Below, piece after piece: positions 1-11,300 of a DNA stretch of 64,000 nt. Position 1 is the stretch's first letter. Every line of letters starts with the position of its first letter. Origin of the DNA: an uncultured Verrucomicrobiae bacterium (GTDB taxonomy: Bacteria > Verrucomicrobiota > Verrucomicrobiia > Limisphaerales > UBA11358). Below the pieces are notes generated by a model. The model was given only the letters and a program-made list of their open reading frames with translations, had not been told where the DNA came from and searched no databases. The position numbers were made by a program, and so were the translations under genes. The stretch covers positions 131,868 through 195,867 of the forward strand of contig CAVTVR010000011.1 in NCBI GenBank assembly GCA_963738225.1. Reading direction: 5' to 3'.

Positions 1-1182
1 GAAACAGGTTTGCGCCTGGCCACGAACTCGCCGCTGTATCATCTGGCGTGGAATGATTCCATCGAAGCCGCCTGCCTCACGCGGCACGGAAGTTTTTATT
101 ATCTCTTCGTGAACTGGGGCCAGTGCTGCCAGGGCACCAACAGCACTTACGAAGTCCGTGTCGGTCGCGCCGAAAAAATCACCGGCCCGTATCTCGACCG
201 CGCCGGCAACGACCTCGCCACCGGCGGCGGTTCGCCGTTTCTGGCCACCAGCGGACGCTTTATCGGCCCCGGCCACATCGGCATCGTGAACGATGGCGCC
301 ACCAACGGCCCGACGCGGTTCAGCTATCATTATTACGACGCTGCAACGCAAGGCCGCTCGCGGCTCGCAATTGGCAACATTGATTGGTCGGATGGCTGGC
401 CTGTGGCTGTGAATGATTCCACGAATGACTGGAAACTGGTTTGGTCCGACGAATTCAACACCGACGGCCCGCCCGATCCGGCGAACTGGAATTACGAGCG
501 CGGCTTTGTGCGCAACCACGAATTGCAATGGTATCAGCCGGAAAACGCGTTTTGCACCAACGGCCTGCTCGTCATCGAAGCGCGGACGGAACACAAGCGC
601 AATCCAAATTTCGTGGCCGGCAGTGAAGACTGGAATACCAGCCGCGAGTGGATTGATTACACGTCCGCCAGCCTCACCTCGCGCCACCTGCGCGAGTTCA
701 AGTATGGCAGGTTCGAAATGCGGGCGCGCATTGACACGCGGCTCGGAAGCTGGCCGGCCTTTTGGACGCTCGGCGCGACGCCCGGCATCGGCTGGCCCGC
801 GTGCGGCGAAGTGGACATCATGGAATTTTACACCGGCACGGTGCTCGCCAACATTGACTATCAACTCGATGGAAAAAGCAAATGGTCCACGATTAAAAAA
901 CCCATTGCCGACCTCGGCGGCGAGTCGTGGGCGCGGGCATTCCACATTTGGACGATGGAATGGGACGAAAAGAAAATTGATCTCTGGCTTGATGGCCGGC
1001 TGATGAACCATCTTGATCTCGCGTCCGCCGACAACGCGGACCAAGGCAATCCGTTTTATCGTCCGGTTTATTTGATCTTGAATCAGGCCATCGGCGGCGA
1101 TTGCGGCGGCGATCCCGCGCAAACCCGGTTTCCCATCCGCTTCGAGGTGGATTGGGTGCGCGTTTATCAGCACGAACGTTGA
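1..1182 (+). CDS. GH43 (arabinanase-like) + GH16 (laminarinase-like) fusion, 5'-truncated by window edge
   Basis: Frame is open from base 1. The N-part has GH43 motifs (IEAACL, YYLFVNWG.CC, GPGH); the C-part has GH16 motifs (WSDEF, WPAFW, catalytic GEVDIME, DWVRVYQ). Confidence 0.9.
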   Translation, partial: ETGLRLATNSPLYHLAWNDSIEAACLTRHGSFYYLFVNWGQCCQGTNSTYEVRVGRAEKITGPYLDRAGNDLATGGGSPFLATSGRFIGPGHIGIVNDGATNGPTRFSYHYYDAATQGRSRLAIGNIDWSDGWPVAVNDSTNDWKLVWSDEFNTDGPPDPANWNYERGFVRNHELQWYQPENAFCTNGLLVIEARTEHKRNPNFVAGSEDWNTSREWIDYTSASLTSRHLREFKYGRFEMRARIDTRLGSWPAFWTLGATPGIGWPACGEVDIMEFYTGTVLANIDYQLDGKSKWSTIKKPIADLGGESWARAFHIWTMEWDEKKIDLWLDGRLMNHLDLASADNADQGNPFYRPVYLILNQAIGGDCGGDPAQTRFPIRFEVDWVRVYQHER

Positions 1183-1194
1183 GAAGGAAAGCCC

Positions 1195-1376
1195 CAGGAT
1201 TATACTGTTGACAAACTTTTCGCATGGTAGGGACGCCGCGCTGCGGCGTCCCCGTCCGGCAGGACGGAACGAACGCGCTAAAAATCCCGTTTTCCGTCGC
1301 CTGACGCTACGCTCGGCGACGGGGACAGCGCGGCGCGCTGTCCCCACCTTGATGGTTTGTGAACGGCATAATCCCG
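1195..1376. repeat. GTAG-type REP/REPIN composite element (family A) with outer inverted flanks
   Basis: Core 1226-1348 is GGTAGGGACGCCGCGCTGCGGCGTCCC...GGGACAGCGCGGCGCGCTGTCCCCACC. It is flanked on both sides by inverted GGATTATRCYGTTSACAAAC. Confidence 0.85.
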
Positions 1377-1407
1377 AAAAAACCGATAAATTTCCGCTGC
1401 CATCACG

Positions 1408-1989
1408 TTATGAACTCTGAGGAGCGAAATTGCGCAATAACTTCGCCGGCGCGCCCGCCACCACCGCCCCGGCTTCAAACGATTTCGTCACGACCGAATT
1501 TGCGCCGACGACGCAGTTCGCGCCCAACCGCACGCCCGGCATAATGACCGTGTTGCAACCGATGAAGCATCGGTCTCCGATTTCCACCGGCTTGCCGACG
1601 GTCAAGCCGCTCGAAACAGGTTTGACGCTCCAGCCGGTGGCGTGAGAATGATCCATCACCGTGACACGATAAGACAGCAGACAATTACTGCCGATCTTGA
1701 TTGAGTCGTTTGCAGTGATTACAAAATCATTGCCGATGGCCGTGCCGGAACCGATTTGGATGCGGGCGGTTCGGTTGTGCAACGGAATATAAAACCAGCC
1801 GTGCTTGCCGAGACTGACGTTTTCATCAAGCTGGATGTTCCGCAAATTGCCCAACGGCCAGTTGATGCCACGACCGACCCGCACGCCGCTGCCCGTCCGC
1901 AAGCCGAGGCAGCGCGGCAGCAACAGCCGCACAAAGCTGACCAGCGACGACAAAGTCTTTTGCGCGGCGCGCAGAAAATTGATCAACAT
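1408..1989 (-). CDS. Hexapeptide-repeat (LbH) O-acetyltransferase
   Basis: Motif IGDRCFIGCNTVIMPGVRLGANCVVGANSVVTK...GAPAK. Confidence 0.9.
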   Translation of the reverse strand: MLINFLRAAQKTLSSLVSFVRLLLPRCLGLRTGSGVRVGRGINWPLGNLRNIQLDENVSLGKHGWFYIPLHNRTARIQIGSGTAIGNDFVITANDSIKIGSNCLLSYRVTVMDHSHATGWSVKPVSSGLTVGKPVEIGDRCFIGCNTVIMPGVRLGANCVVGANSVVTKSFEAGAVVAGAPAKLLRNFAPQSS

Positions 1990-1992
1990 AAT

Positions 1993-3189
1993 TTACTTCT
2001 TGAGTTGAAAAAACGGCGGAGCTTCCGGCGCGATGCTGCGTTCAATGGCGTCCCACATCGCTTTGGCCCGCGCGTTCCAGTCCCATTCCAGGCCGGCGGC
2101 GAGCGCTTCCTTGCTCGTCTCGGCGTAAAGTTTTTCGTCGGTCAGCAGACGGTGGATGCAATCGGCCAGCCCGGCAAAATCTCCCGGCGGCGCTTTCAGC
2201 CAGCCGCGCGGATAATAAACCCGCAGCGGCGGCAAATCAAACGACACGCCCGGCAGCCCGCAGGCCAGCGCCTCCGCCGACGCCATGCCGCCGACCTCAA
2301 ACACCGCCGGATACACCACCACGCGCGCGGATTTGATGATTTTGTATTTCTCCACGCCGTCGCGGAAGCCGAAAAATTCCACATTCTTCGCGATGCCGAG
2401 TTTTTCCGCCTTGGCCTTGCACGGCGCGTCGAGCGGGCCGGAACCGATCATCGCCAGACGTGCGTCCGGCTTTTTCACCGTCAGAATTTTCCACACGTCC
2501 ATCAGTTCCATCGGCCCTTTTTGCGGATGCAGGCGGCTGATGAACACGGCGTCGAACGTTTTTTTCTCCGGCTCCGGCACGCTTTGCGGGATGGTCAAAT
2601 CCACGCCGCCCATCACGGCATAAACCGATTCCGGCGAACGCCCGTCGGCAATCATCAGGTCGCGATCTTGCGGCACGGTGGTCAAAATCATTTCCGCCTC
2701 GCGCAACGTCCGCTGGTAAATCCGCTGCTGAAACGGGCGGTAGGCCGTGAACATCAAACCGGGGCCGGGCTGGCCGGAAAACCATTTCGGCGCGAAGAAA
2801 TAAAGCCCCACCACCAGCGGCGCATTCGGATAACGCTTTTTCAGCCGCATCGCCGGAATGCAGCTCGGATGAAATTCCGACGTGGCCATGATGAGATGTT
2901 TTTCATCCGGCGAAAATTTTATTTTCTCCACCGCGCGGTTGCCCTTGACCATCTGCATGAACCACCACAACAGGCGTCCGTATTTTTTCAGATGGTCGGC
3001 GGGCCAGGTGACGTGTTCGATGCCCTTCAACTCAAACCAGTCGCAAAGTTGCTTTGCGCCTTCGTTGCCATAGACGGTGATCTTGTGATCCCGGCTCCAG
3101 CGGCGGATGCACTCCACCATGATGCGGTCGCCGCCGCTCAAGGAAATGGGCGGCGGCACGATGGTATTGGCAATCCAGTGGATGTGCAT
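1993..3189 (-). CDS. Glycosyltransferase family 4
   Basis: SGGDR N-terminal motif, SRLHPQKG, and E-x7-E (EVGGMASAEALACGLP). Start placed at ATG 3189. Confidence 0.9.
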   Translation of the reverse strand: MHIHWIANTIVPPPISLSGGDRIMVECIRRWSRDHKITVYGNEGAKQLCDWFELKGIEHVTWPADHLKKYGRLLWWFMQMVKGNRAVEKIKFSPDEKHLIMATSEFHPSCIPAMRLKKRYPNAPLVVGLYFFAPKWFSGQPGPGLMFTAYRPFQQRIYQRTLREAEMILTTVPQDRDLMIADGRSPESVYAVMGGVDLTIPQSVPEPEKKTFDAVFISRLHPQKGPMELMDVWKILTVKKPDARLAMIGSGPLDAPCKAKAEKLGIAKNVEFFGFRDGVEKYKIIKSARVVVYPAVFEVGGMASAEALACGLPGVSFDLPPLRVYYPRGWLKAPPGDFAGLADCIHRLLTDEKLYAETSKEALAAGLEWDWNARAKAMWDAIERSIAPEAPPFFQLKK

Positions 3190-3247
3190 TGGCGGCGAAT
3201 ACTCTAGCGGGAGCCAAGCGGCGGTGTCCACCGGCAATTCATGTGTT

Positions 3248-3382
3248 GGTAGGGACAGAGCGCTGCGCTGTCCCTGTCGCCGAGCGTAGCGTCAGGCGAC
3301 GGAATCGAACCCCGCACAACACGTGTTGGTCTAGGAAGTTCCGCCCTGTCGGGCGGGGACGCCGCAGCGCAGCGTCCCCACC
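3248..3382. repeat. GTAG-type REP/REPIN (family A)
   Basis: GGTAGGGACAGAGCGCTGCGCTGTCCC...GGGGACGCCGCAGCGCAGCGTCCCCACC inverted palindrome pair. Confidence 0.85.
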
Positions 3383-3611
3383 ATTCTGTCCTTTTTACGG
3401 TCAAAAATTGCGGTGCAACGCCAAGTATCAGGACAAGCCGTTCGTTTAGGGCGGCCAATCGCCGCAACTCAATTGGATTGGTTTAAAAAATAATCCGTAA
3501 CCGTCAGTTTCACTTTTGACGTTCTTGCGCCGTCACTTTGAGCGGCTCCAAAATCTAATCATGGCAGGCCAAATCATTTTCTTTTGGTGGCCGATTCATC
3601 GGGCCGTCAGG

Positions 3612-3821
3612 AAATCGCGTTGCGTTGTGACCGAATCGTTCTGGGCGGAAAGCAAGACGTTTGATGGAATGAAGAAAACGCGGTGATTTGATGCGTCAAG
3701 ACGTTGATTCATCAGGGAATCAAAGTCCGCGGACGCGTTGACTTCGTGAGCAGAGCCAAAGTTGTGGTGAGGAGTGGAATTTACAAAGTGAAACGTCTGA
3801 TTTTCCTTTTGATTTGCGGGC
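3612..3821. repeat. Degenerate 21-bp phased array (about 10 units)
   Basis: TGA at 3684, 3705, 3747, 3768, 3789 and 3810 (and one base off at 3662); TGC/TGG at 3621/3642. Often preceded by aawacg-like motifs. Confidence 0.55.
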
Positions 3822-4047
3822 ACAGTTTTTCGGTAGCGGCATAGGTGGCTGCGGATTTGGCTGGCGAAGGGATGGTTTCCGATTGTTCCCAGCGTGCCGC
3901 TGCCAGTAATGCAGGGCATATTAGTTGAACTGGCTGCGCACCATCGCTGGAAATTGGCACAAGCCTTGCTAATGTCGCGGCGGCTTCAACAGACGGAACC
4001 TTGTGGCTCTGCCCGTTGTTTTGTAGGAAAAAAACAACAGAAAAACT

Positions 4048-4665
4048 ATGAAAAAAATTATCCGGGTCGCATTGTCTTTTGCGACTTTTCCCAATGACGA
4101 ACTCAACAGTTTTTTGATCCTGATGCTCGTCTGTCTGAAAAACAATCCGCTGTTCCCCAATCTGCCGGTAACGTATGCCAGCTTGCAGACCTTGGTGACG
4201 ACGTTTCAAACCAATCTGGCGGCGGCGAAAGTCGGCGGGCCCAAGGACACCGCCGCTCTGAATGAAGCGCGTGATGTGGTGGTGGCGGCATTGCGGCAGA
4301 TTGCCGGCTACATCCAAAGCCTGGGCCTGACCAATGAGTCGGACGTGCTGTCCTCGGGTTTCGACATCGTCATTCCCGGCAAAAATCCGCAGGCGCCGCT
4401 GGACCAGCCGAAAGCCAGCCTGGATAATTCGATGCCCGGCCGGTTGGCCATCTATTTGCAGGCGGTGCCCAATGCCAAGGCGTATCACGTGCAGTATTGC
4501 ATCGCCGCCGGCGCGTGGGTTGACCTGGGCATTTTCCCGAGCACCCGGAACATGGTCATTCCCGGCACCATAGCCGGCACGGTGTATTCCGTGCGGGTGC
4601 AGGCCATCGGCGGCTCCACGCAATATAGTCCCTGGAGCGGGGTTATTTCACTCATGTCAACCTAA
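4048..4665 (+). CDS. Hypothetical protein: N-terminal helical domain + C-terminal fibronectin-III-like domain
   Basis: Amphipathic helical N-half; the C-half has an FN3 pattern (VPNAKAYHVQY...W...GTVYSVRVQAIGG...SPWS). No signal peptide; A-rich leader before the ATG. Confidence 0.8.
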   Translation: MKKIIRVALSFATFPNDELNSFLILMLVCLKNNPLFPNLPVTYASLQTLVTTFQTNLAAAKVGGPKDTAALNEARDVVVAALRQIAGYIQSLGLTNESDVLSSGFDIVIPGKNPQAPLDQPKASLDNSMPGRLAIYLQAVPNAKAYHVQYCIAAGAWVDLGIFPSTRNMVIPGTIAGTVYSVRVQAIGGSTQYSPWSGVISLMST

Positions 4666-4692
4666 CGGCAGGGGCATTATGCTGCCCATGAC

Positions 4693-4719
4693 CGGACGGC
4701 GCAGCGCGCCGTCCCCACC
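4693..4719. repeat. Single family-A REP half
   Basis: CGGACGGCGCAGCGCGCCGTCCCCACC. Confidence 0.7.
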
Positions 4720-4851
4720 ATTTGCGGATGGCAAGCCAGACGCAAACCGGGCGATGGAAACTCCGGCCACAAGCCAAATTCCTACAAGGAAGTGACCGGC
4801 CATCGCCCGGCAACTATTTTCCCGGCAGTGCTTATCGGTAGTGCCAAATTT

Positions 4852-4995
4852 GGTAGGGATGGCGCGCTGCGCCGTCCGCGCCGGGTTGCGGCGCTTGACC
4901 GTCGTCTGACGCTGCGCTCGTTCCGTCCTGTCGGACGGGGACGCCGCAGCGCGGCGTCCCTACCACCGAAAAGTTTGTCAACGGCATAATCCCAA
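4852..4995. repeat. GTAG-type REP/REPIN (family A) with outer flank
   Basis: GGTAGGGATGGCGCGCTGCGCCGTCC...GGGACGCCGCAGCGCGGCGTCCCTACC (4852-4964), then AAGTTTGTCAACGGCATAATCCC. Confidence 0.85.
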
Positions 4996-5245
4996 GATTT
5001 TTTGATATTTTTGAAAGAATCGTTCTGCTTCAAACGTAGTATGTAGTGTAAGAGAGTAGTAATGGTTGCGAGAACCCGTCAGGCGGCCCAATCGGCGGTT
5101 TGTGGACGGCAAGACGAATAAATTAAGGTGCGAACCTGCCGAAACACTCGGAATGACCACGTGAAACAAGTATTTGTGCCATGTGGCTCTCTTTTTCATC
5201 CAACAAACTGGATTGCTTGTAGCGTTTATCGCAGAGAATAATATA

Positions 5246-5273
5246 TTGACATTTTAAATGAACCTGATTTAAT
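5246..5273 (+). promoter_or_regulatory. Candidate sigma70 promoter for the large secreted protein
   Basis: TTGACA-N16-TTTAAT in an AT-rich stretch ~55 bp upstream of ATG 5327. Confidence 0.45.
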
Positions 5274-5326
5274 AGAAAGCAATCAACTTTGACTCGGGTT
5301 TAATTATTTCATTGAGGAAAAATTTT

Positions 5327-8300
5327 ATGAAAACGATACAAACGTTAATCGTATTTTGTGCATTCACTTCCCAACTTCACGCGCAAGTTTCCTTCAAACT
5401 TGGCTCCTCACCGGGTGTGGGAAACAATCCTGCGCTAGTCACAGCGGCTGATGTCAATGGAGATGGTAAAGTGGATTTGATCACAGCGAACTGGAACGAC
5501 AACACCCTCTCGGTGCTGACGAATAACGGGAGCGGTGACTTTGTGTTAGCTTCCTCGCCTGGTGTGGGCAATGCGCCGCGTTGGGTAACGGCGGCAGATG
5601 TCAACGGAGATGGCAAAATTGATTTGATCAGCGCGAATTACGGAGCCAGTAGTGGCAATACTCTTTCGGTGTTGACGAACAATGGGAGCGGCGGCTTCGT
5701 ATTGGCCTGCTCGCCAGTCGTGACCGGCGCTCCTTACTCAGTCTTGGCCGTGGATGTGAACGGGGATGGCAAAGTGGAATTAATCAGCGCAAACTCCGAT
5801 AGCACACTATCAATTTTGACTAATAATGGGAGCGGCGGCTTTGTGCTGGCTTCCTCGCCTGCTTTGGGCGGCAACCCGCGTTCGGTTACGGCGTTCACCA
5901 ACGTAAACGGGAATGTGGATTTGGTCACCGCGAACCAATACAACAACACACTCTCGTTAATGACGAACAACGGCAGCGGCGGTTTTGCATTGGCGGCATT
6001 GCTGACCGGCGGCAGCCAACCACTGCAAGTTGCGGTGGCGGATGTGAACGGAGATGGCAAGGTGGATTTGATCAGCGCGAATTACGGTGGCAATACGCTT
6101 TCCGTGTGGACAAATAATGGAACCGGCGGTTTCTCACTTTCGTCATCGCCACAAGTTGGCAACCAGCCTTTTAATGTCGTGGCGGCAGACATGAATGGCG
6201 ACGGCAAGATGGATTTAATTAGCGCAAACTGGACAGACAACTCGCTTACAGTGCTGACCAACAATAGAAATGGAGGCTTTGATTTGGCTGCCACGCTGAT
6301 AGTAGGGAATAATCCTATAGCAGTCACCGCAGCGGATGTGAACGATGATGGCAAGGTGGATTTAGTCAGTGCGAACTGGGGAAATAATAATCTTTCGGTA
6401 TTGTTGAACACGACTTCAACTCAAAATCAACCTATTCAGACTGGAGGAACGGTGGTCGGATGGGGAGGATGCTGCGGTTACAATTTTGGACAAGTTACCC
6501 CGCCGGCCGGATTGAGCAACGTGGTGGCCATCGCCGCCGGCAGTTATTTCAGTCTCGCACTGACCTCGGGCGGAACGGTTGTAGGCTGGGGGCAAAATGG
6601 TTCGGGTCAGATCACCATCCCCGCCGGCCTGAGCAATGTCGTTGCCATTGCAGCGGGTGAAAATCATAGCCTGGCGCTCACTGCTTCTGGAACCGTGATC
6701 GGTTGGGGCGACAACAGCGCGGGGCAAACGACCATTCCAAACGGATTGAACAACGTGGTTGCCATTTCAGCTTTTGGTGAACAAAGTCTGGCTTTGACCG
6801 CATCCGGTTCAGTGGTGAGTTGGGGAAACAACAGCGGCGGGCAGCAAAACATCCCCGCCGGCTTGACCAATGCGACAGCAATTGCGGCCGGAGATTATTT
6901 TGATCTGGCGCTGACCACGGCTGGCAAAGTGGTGGCATGGGGCAGCAATACTTATGGTCAGACAAATGTCCCGGCTGGATTGAGCAATGTCGTGGCCATC
7001 GCTGCCGGATCGTCCCTTGGCAATGCACAGAGTTGGGGGTTGGCTTTGACATCTGGCGGCCAAGTGGTGGGCTGGGGCGGAAATAATTTTGGTCAAATCA
7101 GCATCCCCAGCGGATTGAGCAATGTCGTGGCCATCGCGACGGGATGGTATGACAGCATGGCTTTGAAAGCCGATGGCACTGTGGTTGTGTGGGGAGCGAG
7201 TGGTGCAAACTATGGCCAATTAACCCCACCCGCTGGTTTAAGCAATGTGGTGGCCATCGCCGGTGGCAATGTGCATAGTCTGGCGCTGGTGGAAACCAAA
7301 CAATCCGGTGCCATCGTTATCACCAGCCAGCCCGTTAGCCAGACGGTGACTATCGGTGGCACAGCGACGTTCAACGTGGTAGCCGGAGGGTCGTCACCAT
7401 TGAGGTTCCAGTGGAGTTTTAACAGCAATAATATCGTCGGTGCCACCGCTTCCACGCTGTCCCTTTCCAACGTGCAATTGACAAATGGCGGATACTACTC
7501 CGTCATCGTCAGCAACAGCTACGGTGCCGTCACCAGCACCATCGCGGCTTTGACCGTCCTGTTGCCAGCCCAGCTTCAGGGACAAGTTTCTTTCACTCTT
7601 TCATCCTCGCCCGGAGCGGGTGTAAATCCCTACTCGGTTGTCGCGGCGGACGTGAACGGCGATGGCCAGGTGGATTTGATCTGTGCAAACATAAATGCCA
7701 ACACACTTTCTGTATTAACGAACAATGGCAGCGGCGGCTTTGGATTGTCTCACACCTATGCCGTGGGCAATACGCCGGTTTCAGTTGCGGCGGCGGATAT
7801 CAATGGCGATGGGAAAGTGGATTTGATTTGCGCGAACGCGAACGACAACACACTCTCGGTATTGACGAATAATGGCAGCGGCGGCTTCGCGCTGGCCGCC
7901 TCGCCCAATGTCGGCAACAGGCCTTGGGCAGTCACGGCGGCTGACCTGAATGGGGACGGCTGGATGGATTTGATCTGCGCCAACAACTTTGGCAATTCGA
8001 TGACGGTGCTAACCAACAACGGTCACGGCGGCTTCACGCTAGCCGCTACACTGGCTGTTGGTAAAGGTCCTGATTCGGTAACGGCAGCAGATGTCAACGG
8101 GGATGGCAAGCTGGATTTGATCTGCGCGAACGGGGGAACCACCACGCTCTCGATATATACCAATACCGGCAGCGGCAGTTTCGTGGCCGCCTCCTTGCCG
8201 CGTGTCGGCAATGCGCCTTTTTCAGCCGTGGCAGCGGATGTCAACGGGGACGGCAAGCTCGATTTAATCTGCGTGAACTATTATGACAACACGCTTTCCG

Positions 8301-11300
8301 TGCTGACCAATGACGGCAGCGGCGACTTTGCAACCTCCGGCACCTATGCAGTCGGAAATGTGCCGATTGCTGTGACGGCTGCGGATGTCAGCGGGGACGG
8401 CAAAGTGGATTTGATCTGTGCGAACTATAATGACAGCACCCTATCTGTGCTGACAAATAACGGCAGCGGCGGCTTCGCGCTGGCGGCGTTGCCAGCCGTC
8501 GGTTTGAATCCTATCTCCGTGGTTGCAGCCGATGTCAACGGCGATAGCAAGTTGGATCTGGTCTCCGCGAACTACGGCAATAATAATCTTTCGGTATTGT
8601 TGAACACGACTTCAACTCAAAATCAACCTATTCAGACTGGAGGAACGGTGGTCGGATGGGGAGGATGCTGCGGTTACAATTTTGGACAAGTTACCCCGCC
8701 GGCCGGATTGAGCAACGTGGTGGCCATCGCCGCCGGCAGTTATTTCAGTCTCGCACTGACCTCGGGCGGAACGGTTGTAGGCTGGGGGCAAAATGGTTCG
8801 GGTCAGATCACCATCCCCGCCGGCCTGAGCAATGTCGTTGCCATTGCAGCGGGTGAAAATCATAGCCTGGCGCTCACTGCTTCTGGAACCGTGATCGGTT
8901 GGGGCGACAACAGCGCGGGGCAAACGACCATTCCAAACGGATTGAACAACGTGGTTGCCATTTCAGCTTTTGGTGAACAAAGTCTGGCTTTGACCGCATC
9001 CGGTTCAGTGGTGAGTTGGGGAAACAACAGCGGCGGGCAGCAAAACATCCCCGCCGGCTTGACCAATGCGACAGCAATTGCGGCCGGAGATTATTTTGAT
9101 CTGGCGCTGACCACGGCTGGCAAAGTGGTGGCATGGGGCAGCAATACTTATGGTCAGACAAATGTCCCGGCTGGATTGAGCAATGTCGTGGCCATCGCTG
9201 CCGGATCGTCCCTTGGCAATGCACAGAGTTGGGGGTTGGCTTTGACATCTGGCGGCCAAGTGGTGGGCTGGGGCGGAAATAATTTTGGTCAAATCAGCAT
9301 CCCCAGCGGATTGAGCAATGTCGTGGCCATCGCGACGGGATGGTATGACAGCATGGCTTTGAAAGCCGATGGCACTGTGGTTGTGTGGGGAGCGAGTGGT
9401 GCAAACTATGGCCAATTAACCCCACCCGCTGGTTTAAGCAATGTGGTGGCCATCGCCGGTGGCAATGTGCATAGTCTGGCGCTGGTGGAAACCAAACAAT
9501 CCGGTGCCATCGTTATCACCAGCCAGCCCGTTAGCCAGACGGTGACTATCGGTGGCACAGCGACGTTCAACGTGGTAGCCGGAGGGTCGTCACCATTGAG
9601 GTTCCAGTGGAGCCTGAACACAACGAACCTGGCGGGAGCCACGAATGCAACGCTGACATTGATCAATGTCCAGCCCAATCAAGCGGGTAATTATTCCGTG
9701 CGGGTGAGCAACCTTGGCGGCTCAACCAACAGCGCAGTGGCGACGTTGACGGTCAATACGCCGGCATCGTGCGACCCAGCGCCAGCGGGTCTGATCAGTT
9801 GGTGGCCAGCGGAGGGGAATGCCAACGATATCATCGGCGGCAACAATGGCCTGTTGATGAATGGGACGGGTTTCACCAACGGCGAAGTGGGCACGGCCTT
9901 CAATCTCAACGGGGCCAACAATTATGTGCTCATCAATCCGGCCAACACAAATCTAACCAGTGGGTTGGGCAATGGATTTACGTTTGAAGGCTGGATCAAG
10001 CCCCAATATATTCCGGTTACTGGATCACAAGACATGATTCTTTTTGACTTTGAACGGGTGCTTGGAAGCGGCAGCGGCGCGGATGTGGGCGTGTCCTTTG
10101 CGATTCATGACAGCACGCCCAGCGGGACGGGTGGCGGCTGTTTGTATGCCAACGTCAAGGATACCAGCGGGAATGATTACGCGATCGCCTCGCCTGCGGG
10201 TATTCCAGCCGCTGGGATCTGGCAACATGTCGCCTTGTCGTATGATAAGGTTTCCGGCATGGCTGCCATCTACTTGAACGGCTCGGCTGTAGTCCAAACG
10301 CACCTTGGCAGCTTTAATCCGGCGACGACTTTTACCAATCTTTTGTTCGGTGCCAGGACGTTTTTTTCCTCCGCCTCCTCGCCAAATAATCCTTTCGCCG
10401 GCGCGATGGACGAGTTGAGTTTTTACAGCCGCGCCCTTTCGCCCACTGAAATTGGTAGCATCTACAACGCCGGCAGTGCTGGCAAGTGTGCGCCTGTGAC
10501 GACCGCCTGCACGCCGCCGCCAGCGAATCTGGTCAGTTGGTGGCGGGCGGAAGGCAATGCCAATGACATTATTGGCGGCAACAACGGCACGCTTCAGGGT
10601 GGAATCGCCTATGCGGCGGGCGAAGTCGGACGGGCGTTTTCTTTCAACAATACCAACGCGGCGGTGTTCGTGCCTGCCAGCGCCAGTCTGAATGTCGGCA
10701 CCGGCAGCGGCTTTACGCTGGAGGCTTGGATTCAACCCACCGAAGTGACCAATATCACGCCGATCTTTGAATGGAATGTTGGTGACGGCATAACCTACTG
10801 GGGAGTTCAATTCTGGATTTGTCCGGGCCAGCCATTTAGTGCCAACCCCGGACCGGGTGAGCTTTACGCCAACATTGTGGACACCAGCGGCGGATATCAT
10901 CAACTCAGTTCCAATGCCGGCGCAACGGCCCCCGGCGTGTTGCAACACGTGGCCTTGACCTACGACAAAACCACGGGTTTGGCGACGATATATTGCAATG
11001 GCGCGATCGTCGCGCAGCGAAATCTTGGCAGGTTCACGCCACAGACCTCCTATAACCTGTATCTGGGAAGACGACCCGGACCAGATGTGATCGTATCTTA
11101 TGCCGGGCTGCTGGATGAACCTTCAGTCTATAACCGGGCACTGTCTCTGGCCGAGATCGCGGCCATCTACAACGCCGGTAGTGCCGGCAAATGTGAGTTG
11201 ACACCGCCGCCCCCGCCGCCCGCGCGTGCTGCAAAGGCCACGGCTGTGGAGACCAATGGTTTTGTCATTGCCGCGCCTATCGCCGACGGCGGCTCCGGTT

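Noticed and set aside
5000-5240. Riboswitch or small ORF (4978-5199) upstream of the giant gene
   Set aside because: I recognise no riboswitch consensus or protein motif. An Rfam scan would be needed.
6383-9612. DGR template/variable repeat pair
   Set aside because: The copies show no adenine-specific mismatches, are too long, and there is no reverse transcriptase in the window.
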